Origin: Bacteroidota bacterium
GTDB taxonomy: Bacteria; Bacteroidota; Bacteroidia; Bacteroidales; UBA4417
Assembly (NCBI GenBank): GCA_013376995.1
Contig: JACAAZ010000002.1
Location: 47,917 to 111,916 of the forward strand
Reading direction: 5' to 3'
Length of the DNA: 64,000 nt
The translations under genes were made by a program, and so were the position numbers. Every line of letters begins with the position of its first letter. The stretch's first letter is position 1. The notes under the pieces are model-generated. The model was not told the origin of the DNA. It ran no database searches and worked only from the letters and a program-made list of their open reading frames with translations. Positions 46,277 to 56,085 of the stretch are shown one piece after another.

Positions 46277-48604
46277 ATGAGTAAAAATCTTGTAATAGTT
46301 GAGTCTCCTGCCAAAGCTAAGACCATAGAAGGTTACCTTGGTAAGGATTTCATTGTGAAATCCAGTTTTGGGCATGTGCGTGATCTCGCCACGAAAGATC
46401 TTAGTATTGATGTGGCCCATGACTTTAAGCCATTGTACGAGGTGATGCACGACAAGCTAAAGATGATCAAGGAACTGAAGAAACTTGCAGAGGATTCAGA
46501 TCTTATTTGGCTCGCGACTGACGAGGACCGTGAGGGAGAAGCTATATCATGGCATCTTTCTGAAGTTCTGGGCTTGAAACCCGAAAACACCAGAAGGATT
46601 GTATTTCATGAAATAACCAAAACCGCCATTACTGAGGCTATTGAAAAACCCAGGAGTATTGATATTAACCTGGTTAATGCCCAGCAGGCCCGCAGGGTTC
46701 TTGACCGGCTTGTTGGATTTGAACTTTCACCAATTCTGTGGAAAAAAGTGAAACCATCCCTTTCAGCAGGAAGGGTTCAATCTGTTGCTGTCAGGCTGAT
46801 TGTTGAGAGAGAAGAAGAAATTCGCGCTTTCAATTCCACATATGCATATAAGGTTACCGGGATTTTTAATGTTGAAAATGAATTCGGGAAAGCCCAGATA
46901 AAGGCAGATCTCCCCAAACGATTTGCAAGCAGTGAAGAGGCAAAGGCTTTTCTAGAAGTATGCAGCAAGGCTACCTTCAAGGTTGCCAATATAGAAACCA
47001 AGCCCGGGAAAAGATCCCCGGCACCACCTTTTACCACTTCAACCTTGCAACAGGAAGCAAGCCGCAAGCTTGGATTTTCTGTTTCCCGCACCATGACTGT
47101 TGCTCAGCAGCTTTATGAGGCCGGAAAGATTACCTATATGAGGACCGACTCCGTTCATCTTTCCCAGATGGCGTTAGGAATGGCTAAGGAAGAAATCACC
47201 AAGCTTTTTGGTAAGGAATTCCACAATTCCAGGCAATTTGCAACTAAAAGCAAAGGTGCGCAGGAAGCTCATGAGGCTATCCGGCCTACCTACCTGAACC
47301 ACTCAGCTATTGATGGTGACGCTTCCCAGAAGCGACTTTATGAACTAATCTGGAAAAGGACCATTGCCTCTCAAATGGCAGATGCTGTGCTGGAAAAAAC
47401 CAATATTTATATTGATATTTCTACCAGCCAGGAGCAATTTGTTGCAGTAGGTGAAGTAATTAAGTTCGAAGGATTTCTAAAGGTCTATATGGAATCCTCT
47501 GATGATGATTCTGAAAAAGAAGAAGGCTTGCTGCCTCCGATGAAAAAAGGAGAAACCCTGGGAATGGAGGAGATCATTGCTGTTCAGAAGTTTACTCAGG
47601 CCCCTGCCCGATATAACGAAGCCAGCCTCGTAAAAAAGATGGAGGAACTGGGCATTGGCCGACCGTCAACCTATGCACCTACTATTTCTACCATTCAGAA
47701 ACGTGAATATGTAGTTAAGGAGGACCGCGACGGCCTTTCACGTGAGTTCGAATCAATTTCTTTGAAAGCCGGTAAAATTAAATCCATAGTTAAGGTTGAA
47801 AAATTTGGTTTCGAAAAGAACAAACTTTTCCCTACAGATATTGGTGAGCTGGTAACCCGCTTTCTGTTGCAGGCATTTACAGATATCCTGGATTATAATT
47901 TTACGGCCAATGTTGAGAAAGAGTTCGACGACATTGCCGAAGGCTTAAAGGAGTGGAATCATATTATCCGTGATTTCTACGGCCCTTTCCATAAAAAGGT
48001 GACTGAAACCCTTGAAAGCCGCGAAAAGGCTAAGGGTGAAAAGTACCTTGGGATTGATCCTGCCAGCGGTAAAAAAGTATATGTTAAAATCGGAAGATTC
48101 GGTTCAATGGCTCAGATCGGTGAAACTGACTCTGAAGAAAAGCCAAAGTTTGCCGGACTTCGAAAGGGACAGTCACTGGAAAGTATCAGCCTTGAAGAAG
48201 CTTTGAAACTCTTTGATTTCCCTCGCCCCGTTGGAGAATATGAGGGAGAAGAAATGGTGGTAGGCATTGGACGATTTGGCCCTTATGTAGTGCATAAAAA
48301 GAAGTTCTATTCTCTAAAGAAGAATAATGATCCGGCAACAATTACCGCTGAAGAAGCTATTGTGTTGATTGAAGAAAAGCGGGCAGGAGACGCTAACAGG
48401 ATCATCCGCCAATTCCCTGAAAGACCGGACATCCAGGTCCTGAATGGTAGATTTGGGCCGTATATCTCTATTGGAAAGGATAATTTCAAAATTCCCAGAG
48501 GCTCGGACCCAGCAGCTCTTACACTTGCTGATTGCCTTGAAATTGCTAAAGCGCCACCTTCTTCCGCAAAAAAGAAAGTCCTGGCACGTAAGGCAAAGAA
48601 ATAA
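46277..48604 (+). CDS. topA: DNA topoisomerase I
   Basis: It has the Toprim motif LVIVESPAKAKTI, DEDREGE, the active-site Tyr context ITYMRTDS, and a Lys-rich tail. I chose the ATG at 46277 (MSKNLVIVESPAK). Confidence 0.9.
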   Translation: MSKNLVIVESPAKAKTIEGYLGKDFIVKSSFGHVRDLATKDLSIDVAHDFKPLYEVMHDKLKMIKELKKLAEDSDLIWLATDEDREGEAISWHLSEVLGLKPENTRRIVFHEITKTAITEAIEKPRSIDINLVNAQQARRVLDRLVGFELSPILWKKVKPSLSAGRVQSVAVRLIVEREEEIRAFNSTYAYKVTGIFNVENEFGKAQIKADLPKRFASSEEAKAFLEVCSKATFKVANIETKPGKRSPAPPFTTSTLQQEASRKLGFSVSRTMTVAQQLYEAGKITYMRTDSVHLSQMALGMAKEEITKLFGKEFHNSRQFATKSKGAQEAHEAIRPTYLNHSAIDGDASQKRLYELIWKRTIASQMADAVLEKTNIYIDISTSQEQFVAVGEVIKFEGFLKVYMESSDDDSEKEEGLLPPMKKGETLGMEEIIAVQKFTQAPARYNEASLVKKMEELGIGRPSTYAPTISTIQKREYVVKEDRDGLSREFESISLKAGKIKSIVKVEKFGFEKNKLFPTDIGELVTRFLLQAFTDILDYNFTANVEKEFDDIAEGLKEWNHIIRDFYGPFHKKVTETLESREKAKGEKYLGIDPASGKKVYVKIGRFGSMAQIGETDSEEKPKFAGLRKGQSLESISLEEALKLFDFPRPVGEYEGEEMVVGIGRFGPYVVHKKKFYSLKKNNDPATITAEEAIVLIEEKRAGDANRIIRQFPERPDIQVLNGRFGPYISIGKDNFKIPRGSDPAALTLADCLEIAKAPPSSAKKKVLARKAKK

Positions 48605-48756
48605 GCTTTTGTCAGTTTCAGGTATTGGTCTTCCATCCTGCGATGGTTGACAGCTTTGTTATTATTATTCTGAGAACGCCTGGTTGATTTGAGAAAAATC
48701 TTTGTTTCTTTGCCCTGATCCATTAACTATTTCCCATCAGAAACATTGTCTTTGTT

Positions 48757-49935
48757 ATGAAGGATCTTTCTTTCTATTTCAAGCCGGTTAACAAAAACGA
48801 GTTTGTCGACACTTCAAGTGCTTCCAATAAACGATTGGGGGAATTAATACACGTATTCAGCGAAGAGGAACATTTCCCGTCCCTGGAAGGGATCGAAATA
48901 GCACTATTTGGCGTTGAAGAAGATCGGCGGTCAATGGGTAACGAAGGCTGCTCAAAGGCTGCAGATGCTACCAGGAACTATCTTTATAAACTTTATCCGG
49001 GAAATTACCCGATCAAAATAGCCGACCTCGGAGATATCAAGCAGGGCAATGAACCCGACGATACTAACTTCGCCCTGACATCAGTTGTTCAGGAATTATT
49101 GGTTAAAGGGATAATACCTGTCATCATCGGCGGCGGTCAGGAACTTACCTATGCCGCTTACAGGGCATATAAAAATCAGAAGAATATTATCAATATTGTT
49201 GCAGTTGATAACATGTTTGATCTGGGTGAAAGTGAAGACCAGTTCAATGCCAACTCCTACCTCAGCCATATCATCCTTCATAAACCCAATTACCTTTTTA
49301 ATTACACAAATATTGGATATCAAACTTATCTTGTCGACCAGGGAGCCATTGACCTGATGAAGGATCTGTTTTTCGACACCTGCAGGCTGGGTATTGCGCA
49401 AAGTAACCTTTCTGAAACAGAACCCCTGATACGTAATGCTGATATGTTCAGCTTCGATATCGGTGCTATCAGGCAATCGGATGCCCCGGGCAACGGAAAT
49501 GCAACACCGAATGGATTTTATGGAGAAGAGGCCTGCCAGATTGTTAGGTATGCAGGACTAAGCGATAAACTAAGTTGTATAGGATTCTATGAAATGAATC
49601 CCTCTTATGACCGGAATGGGCAAACCGCTCATTTGCTTGCCCAGATGATCTGGTATTTCATCGATGGGTTTTACCATCGTCAACAGGACCACCCTTCCAA
49701 TAAGAAAGACGATTTCATCCGGTTCAATGTACAGATGACCAATCACGAAGAGGGAATTGTATTTTATAAAAGCAAAAAAACAGACCGCTGGTGGATGGAG
49801 GTCAAATGTGCGGAAAACCTTAAAGAGAAATATCGTCACCATTACCTGGTACCCTGTTCCATCAAGGATTACCAGACTGCCTGTGATAATGAAATCCCGG
49901 ATCGGTGGTGGCAGGCTTACCAGAAGCTTATGTAA
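48757..49935 (+). CDS. Arginase/formiminoglutamase-fold protein with substituted metal ligands and a ~70-aa C-terminal extension
   Basis: The HutG-like motif order is retained, but it reads GGGQE (expected GGGHE/GGDHS), DNMFD (expected DAHxD) and SFDIG (expected SxDxD). Confidence 0.6.
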   Translation: MKDLSFYFKPVNKNEFVDTSSASNKRLGELIHVFSEEEHFPSLEGIEIALFGVEEDRRSMGNEGCSKAADATRNYLYKLYPGNYPIKIADLGDIKQGNEPDDTNFALTSVVQELLVKGIIPVIIGGGQELTYAAYRAYKNQKNIINIVAVDNMFDLGESEDQFNANSYLSHIILHKPNYLFNYTNIGYQTYLVDQGAIDLMKDLFFDTCRLGIAQSNLSETEPLIRNADMFSFDIGAIRQSDAPGNGNATPNGFYGEEACQIVRYAGLSDKLSCIGFYEMNPSYDRNGQTAHLLAQMIWYFIDGFYHRQQDHPSNKKDDFIRFNVQMTNHEEGIVFYKSKKTDRWWMEVKCAENLKEKYRHHYLVPCSIKDYQTACDNEIPDRWWQAYQKLM

Positions 49936-50005
49936 AAACTCCGGTCGAAAACATCAACCCATCCTTGCTGAGGGTTTCAAATAGTGCAGCGGGAATACTT
50001 TGAAA

Positions 50006-50557
50006 TTATTTAACCCGGTCCTGGTTATTGCTGATAAAAGCGCCCCAGCCGCTATAGCTCTTTTTTTGTTCCCCCGGAGATCTCTGGAAATAGTGACAAC
50101 AGGCAACAGCAACAGCATCGGTAGCATCAAAGTATTTGGGTTGCTCTTCAATGACAAAAAGGCGATTCAGCATTGCCGAGACTTGTTCTTTTGAAGCATT
50201 TCCCCTGCCTGTAATTGATTGCTTGATTTTCCTGGGAGAATATTCGAAAATTGGGATATCCCTGTAAAGGGCAGCAGCCATCGCTACTCCCTGGGCTCGT
50301 CCTAATTTTAGCATGCTTTGTACATTCTTTCCAAAAAACGGGGCTTCAAGTGCCACCTCATCCGGATGGTAATTATCTATAAGAGCAAGTACCTTTTCAA
50401 ATATGCTTTTCAACTTCAGGGGATGCGTATCCAGGTGATCAAGTTTGATCACATCCAACGCAATGAGTTCTATTTTCTTACCTTTATCGATGATTAATCC
50501 GAAACCCATGATATTGGTCCCGGGGTCAATTCCAAGTATGATGCGATCAGTTGACAA
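50006..50557 (-). CDS. ruvC: Holliday junction resolvase RuvC
   Basis: It has ILGIDPGTNIMGFG, the GNASKEQV motif, and a C-terminal DATDAVAVA. Confidence 0.9.
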   Translation of the reverse strand: MSTDRIILGIDPGTNIMGFGLIIDKGKKIELIALDVIKLDHLDTHPLKLKSIFEKVLALIDNYHPDEVALEAPFFGKNVQSMLKLGRAQGVAMAAALYRDIPIFEYSPRKIKQSITGRGNASKEQVSAMLNRLFVIEEQPKYFDATDAVAVACCHYFQRSPGEQKKSYSGWGAFISNNQDRVK

Positions 50558-50596
50558 AGTCTGGGAAATTTATTTCGACTATTAAAAGGATACTAT

Positions 50597-51622
50597 TTGC
50601 TCTTGAACCTTTCAAAGTTACATAAATCGCTCAACATACTCATCCGGCTCACTATCGTTGCCTTGTCAGTGGGCTTTATCTATTGGAAAGTCTTTGCAAA
50701 AGGAGATGTTTATCAACTCCTTGATGCATTGAAGTCGTATGATCAAAATCCTGCTTTCATTCCGGGCTTATTACTTGTCTGCTTATTGATGCTAATAAAT
50801 TGGTCTGTAGAGTCGCTGAAGTGGCAGCAACTTGTAAATAAAATTGAGCAGATCTCCTTTCTGAAAGCTGTTCAATCTGTACTTTCGGGTGTTACCGTCA
50901 GCATTTTCACTCCAAACAGGACGGGAGAATTTATAGGTAGGGCATTCATACTTAAAAATGCTCAGCCCGGATGGGCTGTACTTCTTACTATCATAGGAAG
51001 CTTAAGTCAACTCCTGGTTACAATACTAATCGGCACTGTTGCCCTTGCATTCACATATCAATCATACATCCCATCTGGGGTTATCATCCCGGAATGGGCC
51101 CATATTGGAATGATTAGCGGGATACTGATGCTGAACATCAGCCTGATCCTGTTTTTCTTTAATGTGCCCTTCTTTGGCCTATCCCTTAAAATGCTGTTCC
51201 GGAAACCTGAAAGCAGGATTGCTTCCTATTTCAAAGTGATCTCAACCTTAAGCCGTAAAGAATTGATACAGGTATTCCTGCTCAGCACGCTTCGCTATGC
51301 GGTTTTCAGCCTTCAGTTTTACCTGATTTTCAAACTTTTTGGGATAGAATTACCTGTCAGGGCAGCCTTGTATATCATTCCATTGATCTATTTAGCTCTG
51401 GCTGTTATTCCCACATTTGCACTTTCTGAATTAGGTGTCAGGGGATCCGTTAGCTTATTTCTTATCGGAGGATATTTTCTTTCCAGTACAGGAACATCAT
51501 TGTCAGAGTCTATGTCACTCGGGATAGTTCTGGCTGCAGCATTGCTCTGGATAATTAACCTTGCTATACCTGCTATCATTGGGATTCCATTCGTTTTTAA
51601 ATTACGGTTCTTCAGCAAATGA
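50597..51622 (+). CDS. Flippase-like (LPG-synthase TM domain / UPF0104) membrane protein
   Basis: It has about 8 TM segments. It is paired with a family-2 glycosyltransferase through a 4-nt ATGA overlap. It uses a TTG start. Confidence 0.5.
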   Translation: MLLNLSKLHKSLNILIRLTIVALSVGFIYWKVFAKGDVYQLLDALKSYDQNPAFIPGLLLVCLLMLINWSVESLKWQQLVNKIEQISFLKAVQSVLSGVTVSIFTPNRTGEFIGRAFILKNAQPGWAVLLTIIGSLSQLLVTILIGTVALAFTYQSYIPSGVIIPEWAHIGMISGILMLNISLILFFFNVPFFGLSLKMLFRKPESRIASYFKVISTLSRKELIQVFLLSTLRYAVFSLQFYLIFKLFGIELPVRAALYIIPLIYLALAVIPTFALSELGVRGSVSLFLIGGYFLSSTGTSLSESMSLGIVLAAALLWIINLAIPAIIGIPFVFKLRFFSK

Positions 51623-52752
51623 GCATCTGTGTTATAATAATCCTTGTTTGTTATGCTACCCTTATAGGATTGATAACCTGGGGCTGGTTTAGACTGGATA
51701 TCTTCAAAACTCCGGATAATACATTTAAAACCAGGGTAAGTATAATCGTTGCTGCCAGGAATGAAGAATTAAACATCGAAAATCTTTTAAGTGACCTCAA
51801 TAGCTTAGACTACCCCGCCGAATTAGTCGAGGTTATCCTTGTGGATGATCATTCTGAAGATGCCACTTTGAGAATTGCAAATGAATTTGCGGTTAAACAT
51901 CATTTTAGTTTTACTATACTTGAATTGCGGGATTCTCAAATCTCAGGCAAGAAAGCTGCTCTTCATCATGCCGTTCAACTCTCAAAGGGAGAGCTTATCC
52001 TGACCACAGATGCTGATTGCAGGCTGAAACCGGGCTGGCTGAAAGCTATGGTGGGTTATTATGAAACCTATAATCCCTCCATGATTTTGGGCCCTGTTAA
52101 ATTTGAAAAAGGCAACAGTTTATTTGTCAGCATGCAGGAACTTGAATTCATGAGCCTTATTGTTACAACAGCTGGTTCCGTAAAAGCCGGTTTCCCCATC
52201 ATGGCTAATGGCGCCAACCTTGCTTATCAAAGAAAAGCATATGAAGTTTGTGGCGGCCTGAGCGAGAAAATCCAATACGCCTCAGGAGATGACGTTTTCA
52301 TGCTCTCTGCCATCAAAAAGGAATTTGGAAGCAGTTCCATCCATTTCCTCAAGTCACAGGATGCCTTAGTGATGACAATGCCGGAAAAAGATCCCGGGTC
52401 GTTTATACAGCAGCGATTAAGATGGGTGTCAAAAAGCCGGGGGTACAAGGATGTCCAGCTTCAATTCGTTTCAATCCTGGTTTATCTCACCAATTTGTCC
52501 CTGGTATTGTCACTTATACTAGCCTGTTTCAGACTGATTCCGTTTGAGATGGCGGCTTTCTTTTACATTTCCAAGCTGGTTATCGATATCCCGGTTATGG
52601 CAGGAATAAGCTGTTTTTTCAAAAGAGGCTTCCTTATGATGTACTTCCCGGTACTTGAAATAATCAATGCTTTATATACGGTAGTGATTGGATTGATCGG
52701 TAACCTGAAGTCCTTTAACTGGAAGGGCAGGAGGTATTTTCCGGGGAACTGA
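51619..52752 (+). CDS. Family 2 glycosyltransferase (membrane-anchored)
   Basis: It has VSIIVAARNE...VILVDDHSED and TDADC motifs, and C-terminal TM helices. Confidence 0.8.
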   Translation: MSICVIIILVCYATLIGLITWGWFRLDIFKTPDNTFKTRVSIIVAARNEELNIENLLSDLNSLDYPAELVEVILVDDHSEDATLRIANEFAVKHHFSFTILELRDSQISGKKAALHHAVQLSKGELILTTDADCRLKPGWLKAMVGYYETYNPSMILGPVKFEKGNSLFVSMQELEFMSLIVTTAGSVKAGFPIMANGANLAYQRKAYEVCGGLSEKIQYASGDDVFMLSAIKKEFGSSSIHFLKSQDALVMTMPEKDPGSFIQQRLRWVSKSRGYKDVQLQFVSILVYLTNLSLVLSLILACFRLIPFEMAAFFYISKLVIDIPVMAGISCFFKRGFLMMYFPVLEIINALYTVVIGLIGNLKSFNWKGRRYFPGN

Positions 52753-52755
52753 TGC

Positions 52756-53430
52756 CTATTTCAATTCCTGGCGATAATAAAGTTCGGCAACTTCCAGGTC
52801 TCCCGGGAGTGTTATTTTGATATTCCTCGTGCTACCCTGGACAAGGTGTACCTGCATACCCATTGCCTCCACGAGGGAGGCATCGTCCGTAAATCCTATG
52901 ACATACTCCTGCCTGTAAGCCGTTTGTAACAAGCGGATATCGAATACCTGCGGGGTTTGTATGATCCTCAGTGAGGACCGGTCTATCAATTTTACATAGT
53001 TCCCCTCTGTTGAACGAACCGTCTCATTAACTGCAATCGCAGGAACGGCGCTTTTGTATTTCCCTGCTTGTTCGAAGGTATGAGCAATCAGCTGTTGTGA
53101 GACGAGAGGCCTCGCTGCATCATGCACGGCAACTAAGCCATCAACAGTTATTGTTGTCAGCGCATTGCGAACGGAATGAAACCTCGTTTCACCGCCCCCG
53201 ACAACCGTGTGTTGTATTTGAAAGTTGAATTTTTCGCAAAGTTGTTCCCATTCCCTGGTATAATCCGGGTGTAAGGAAACCAGGATTTTAACATTGGGAT
53301 CGTAGCGGTGAAATGCGTTAATGGAATGCATGAGGACCGGGATACCTGCAAGCAAAACGAATTGTTTGGGCGTTTTGCTATTCAGGCGGCTTCCTGTTCC
53401 CCCGGCAACAATAATGGCATACTTATCCAT
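52756..53430 (-). CDS. ispD: 2-C-methyl-D-erythritol 4-phosphate cytidylyltransferase
   Basis: It has IIVAGGTGSRL....PKQF and VHDAARP motifs. Confidence 0.9.
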   Translation of the reverse strand: MDKYAIIVAGGTGSRLNSKTPKQFVLLAGIPVLMHSINAFHRYDPNVKILVSLHPDYTREWEQLCEKFNFQIQHTVVGGGETRFHSVRNALTTITVDGLVAVHDAARPLVSQQLIAHTFEQAGKYKSAVPAIAVNETVRSTEGNYVKLIDRSSLRIIQTPQVFDIRLLQTAYRQEYVIGFTDDASLVEAMGMQVHLVQGSTRNIKITLPGDLEVAELYYRQELK

Positions 53431-53443
53431 CAGCGTTCATCTA

Positions 53444-54634
53444 TTAAAATTGCAATGCAAGCCCTCCTTCAGAGGTTTCTTTATAAATATCCGGCAAGTC
53501 GTGCCCGGTTTCTTTCATTGCGATACATGTTTTGTCGAAACTAACCCGGTGGTGCCCATCAGAAAGAATTGCATACGCACTGGCATCCATAGCCCTTCCG
53601 GCAGCAATTGCATTTCGCTCTATGCAAGGTATCTGGACAAGCCCGGCCACCGGATCGCAGGTAAGGCCAAGATGATGTTCAAGCCCCATTTCAGCTGCAT
53701 ATTCAACCTGGCCGGGAGTTCCGCCAAATAGCTGTGTTGCAGCAGCGGCAGCCATGGCACAAGCTGTGCCGATTTCGCCCTGGCATCCCACCTGAGCGCC
53801 ACTAATCGAAGCATTTTCTTTGACAAGATTGCCAATAAGCCCAGCGGTAGCCAATGCCCGGAGAATCCTTGCATCTGAGTATTGATAGGTGTTTTGAAGG
53901 TGATAAAGTACAGCAGGGACAACACCGCATGATCCACAGGTGGGAGCTGTAACAATTTGTCCACCGGCTGCATTTTCTTCGGCAACGGCCAGTGCATAGG
54001 CAAACACCAGGGCTCTTTTCTGCAATGAGCCTGCTGAGCTTTTGGCTTTGATAAAATAGGAAGATGCTTTACGCGGCAGGTGGATGCTACCTTCCAATAC
54101 CCCTTCATTGTCCAGACCATGTAGAATAGAAGCCTTCATACTTATCCATATTTCTGCCAGGAAATCCCATATTTTATCCCCTTCATGCTGTTCAACATAT
54201 TCCCAGAGGGTTTTACCATGATGATCGCACCAGCGAAGTATTTCTGTCAGTTTTGTATGTGGGTATAGATTCTCAACACTATTCTGTGAGGTTTCGTCCA
54301 TGATATCACCCCCTCCAACGCTAAAAACAGTCCATGAGTCTTCAACTTCTCCGGAGATATTTAAAGCTTCGAACTTCATACCATTGGGATGTTGAGGAAG
54401 AAAGATATCTTTCTCCCAAACAATCTGGACCTTACCTTCCGGGAAGGATTCCTTTAAGACCCTGTCAGTAAGGTGACCTTTACCTGTAGCGGCAAGGCTT
54501 CCGTACAAGGTTATCCTTATCTTTGGAATATTCGGGTGTTTCGCATGAAAGATCAGAGCAGCTTTTCGCGGACCCATGGTATGACTGCTTGAAGGGCCTA
54601 CACCAATTTTGAAGATCTTTCGGATGGTTTCCAT
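53444..54634 (-). CDS. sdaA: L-serine ammonia-lyase, Fe-S dependent, single-chain form
   Basis: It has the FKIGVGPSSSHTMGP N-terminus and cluster Cys residues (TAPTCGSCG, CQGEIG). I chose the ATG at 54634 (METIRKIF) over the TTG at 54712 in the track. Confidence 0.85.
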   Translation of the reverse strand: METIRKIFKIGVGPSSSHTMGPRKAALIFHAKHPNIPKIRITLYGSLAATGKGHLTDRVLKESFPEGKVQIVWEKDIFLPQHPNGMKFEALNISGEVEDSWTVFSVGGGDIMDETSQNSVENLYPHTKLTEILRWCDHHGKTLWEYVEQHEGDKIWDFLAEIWISMKASILHGLDNEGVLEGSIHLPRKASSYFIKAKSSAGSLQKRALVFAYALAVAEENAAGGQIVTAPTCGSCGVVPAVLYHLQNTYQYSDARILRALATAGLIGNLVKENASISGAQVGCQGEIGTACAMAAAAATQLFGGTPGQVEYAAEMGLEHHLGLTCDPVAGLVQIPCIERNAIAAGRAMDASAYAILSDGHHRVSFDKTCIAMKETGHDLPDIYKETSEGGLALQF

Positions 54635-54741
54635 CGTGATTATGGATGACTGAACAAAGGTAGATAAATCCGGAAAGCAGGTGAAATAAAAAACCTGCCA
54701 GGCGCTTTGCAAGGCAGGTTCCGGGAGTAATCCAAATATTA

Positions 54742-55797
54742 TCAGATGATGAGCATTGCATCACCATAAGTGAAGAACCTGTATTTCTGCTGGACTGCTT
54801 CCTTATATGCTTTCATAAGAAGGTCATACCCGGCAAATGCAGCTACCATCATCATCATAGGTGATTGAGGCAGATGAAAGTTAGTAACCATCGAATTGGC
54901 GATACTGAATTCATAAGGGGGAAAAATAAACTTATTGCTCCAGCCTTTGTATGGATTCAGGTTTCCTGAAATGGCAACAGACGACTCAACTGCTTTCATT
55001 GTAGTAGTTCCAACAACACAGACCTTCTTCCTTAAATCCTTGGCCCTGTTAACAACGTTTGCCGTTTCGTCTTCAATGATAAGTTCTTCGGAGTCCATTT
55101 TATATTTGGTCAGATCTTCAACATCAATGGCCCGGAAATTCCCAAGCCCTGCATGAAGTGTAACCTCAGCAAAAGAAACACCCTGGAGTTCGAGACGTTT
55201 CATCAATTCGCGGCTGAAATGGAGCCCGGCAGAAGGAGCAGCCACGGCGCCCTCATTTTTTGCATAAATAGTCTGGTAACGCTCTTTATCTTCAGGTTCA
55301 ATATCCCTCATCCTCTGAAGTTCTTCAGGTAAAGGCGTTTTTCCTAATGTTTCAATCGTACGTTTGAATTCGTCGTAGGATCCGTCGAACAGGAAACGAA
55401 GTGTACGGCCCCGGGAAGTTGTATTATCAATGACTTCAGCAACTAATGCATCGTCATCACCAAAGTAAAGTTTATTACCTATCCTGATCTTACGTGCAGG
55501 ATCCACCAAAACATCCCACAGGCGAGCTTCGCTATTCAGTTCACGAAGTAAAAAAACAGTAATTTTTGCACCGGTTTTTTCTTTTTCTCCCAATAAGAGT
55601 GCGGGAAAAACCTTAGTATTATTCAGTATGAAAACATCACCTTCACCAAAATAATCAAGAAGTTCCTTGAAGTTTTTATGTTCGATAGTCTGTCTTTGTC
55701 GGTCGAGTACCATGAGTCGCGACTCATCACGGTTTGGTACGGGTCGTTCGGCTATCAGCTCCGAAGGAAGGTGGTACCTGAATTGCGAGAGTTTCAT
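54742..55797 (-). CDS. queA: S-adenosylmethionine:tRNA ribosyltransferase-isomerase
   Basis: It begins [28 protein letters not shown] and has the [10 protein letters not shown] motif. Confidence 0.9.
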   Translation of the reverse strand: MKLSQFRYHLPSELIAERPVPNRDESRLMVLDRQRQTIEHKNFKELLDYFGEGDVFILNNTKVFPALLLGEKEKTGAKITVFLLRELNSEARLWDVLVDPARKIRIGNKLYFGDDDALVAEVIDNTTSRGRTLRFLFDGSYDEFKRTIETLGKTPLPEELQRMRDIEPEDKERYQTIYAKNEGAVAAPSAGLHFSRELMKRLELQGVSFAEVTLHAGLGNFRAIDVEDLTKYKMDSEELIIEDETANVVNRAKDLRKKVCVVGTTTMKAVESSVAISGNLNPYKGWSNKFIFPPYEFSIANSMVTNFHLPQSPMMMMVAAFAGYDLLMKAYKEAVQQKYRFFTYGDAMLII

Positions 55798-55829
55798 ATA
55801 TAGCTTGGGTTAATTCAAAATTTGGGGTG

Positions 55830-55837
55830 CAAAAATA
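55830..55837 (-). promoter_or_regulatory. -7 promoter box for queA
   Basis: The minus strand reads TATTTTTG, matching TAnnTTTG, 32 nt upstream of the ATG at 55797. Confidence 0.4.
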
Positions 55838-56085
55838 ATGAATTTTTAAGTGAAAATCAAGGTTTTATTGCGTTTCAGCAATTGGTTTTAACTCTTTTTA
55901 ACAGGATTTATTGATTTGTCACACTATCTTCTAATGCTTTTCATATCAACAAGTTTCAAGATTCTTATCAATGCTCATACTGGAATATCTTAACTCAATT
56001 TCAGAATGAGTTGACAGGAAAATCCATGATAAATTCAGTATCTTCCTTTTTTCTACCTTTGCCGATTCATTTAAAATCTGTTAAA

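Noticed and set aside
53444-54712. The TTG-started 422-aa model for sdaA, plus nested ORFs at 53321-53731, 53620-54120 and 54480-54767.
   Set aside because: The extension (MQSAWQVFYFTCFPDLSTFVQSSIIT) precedes the canonical METIRKIFKIGVGPSSSHT N-terminus. The nested ORFs are off-frame or antisense shadows.
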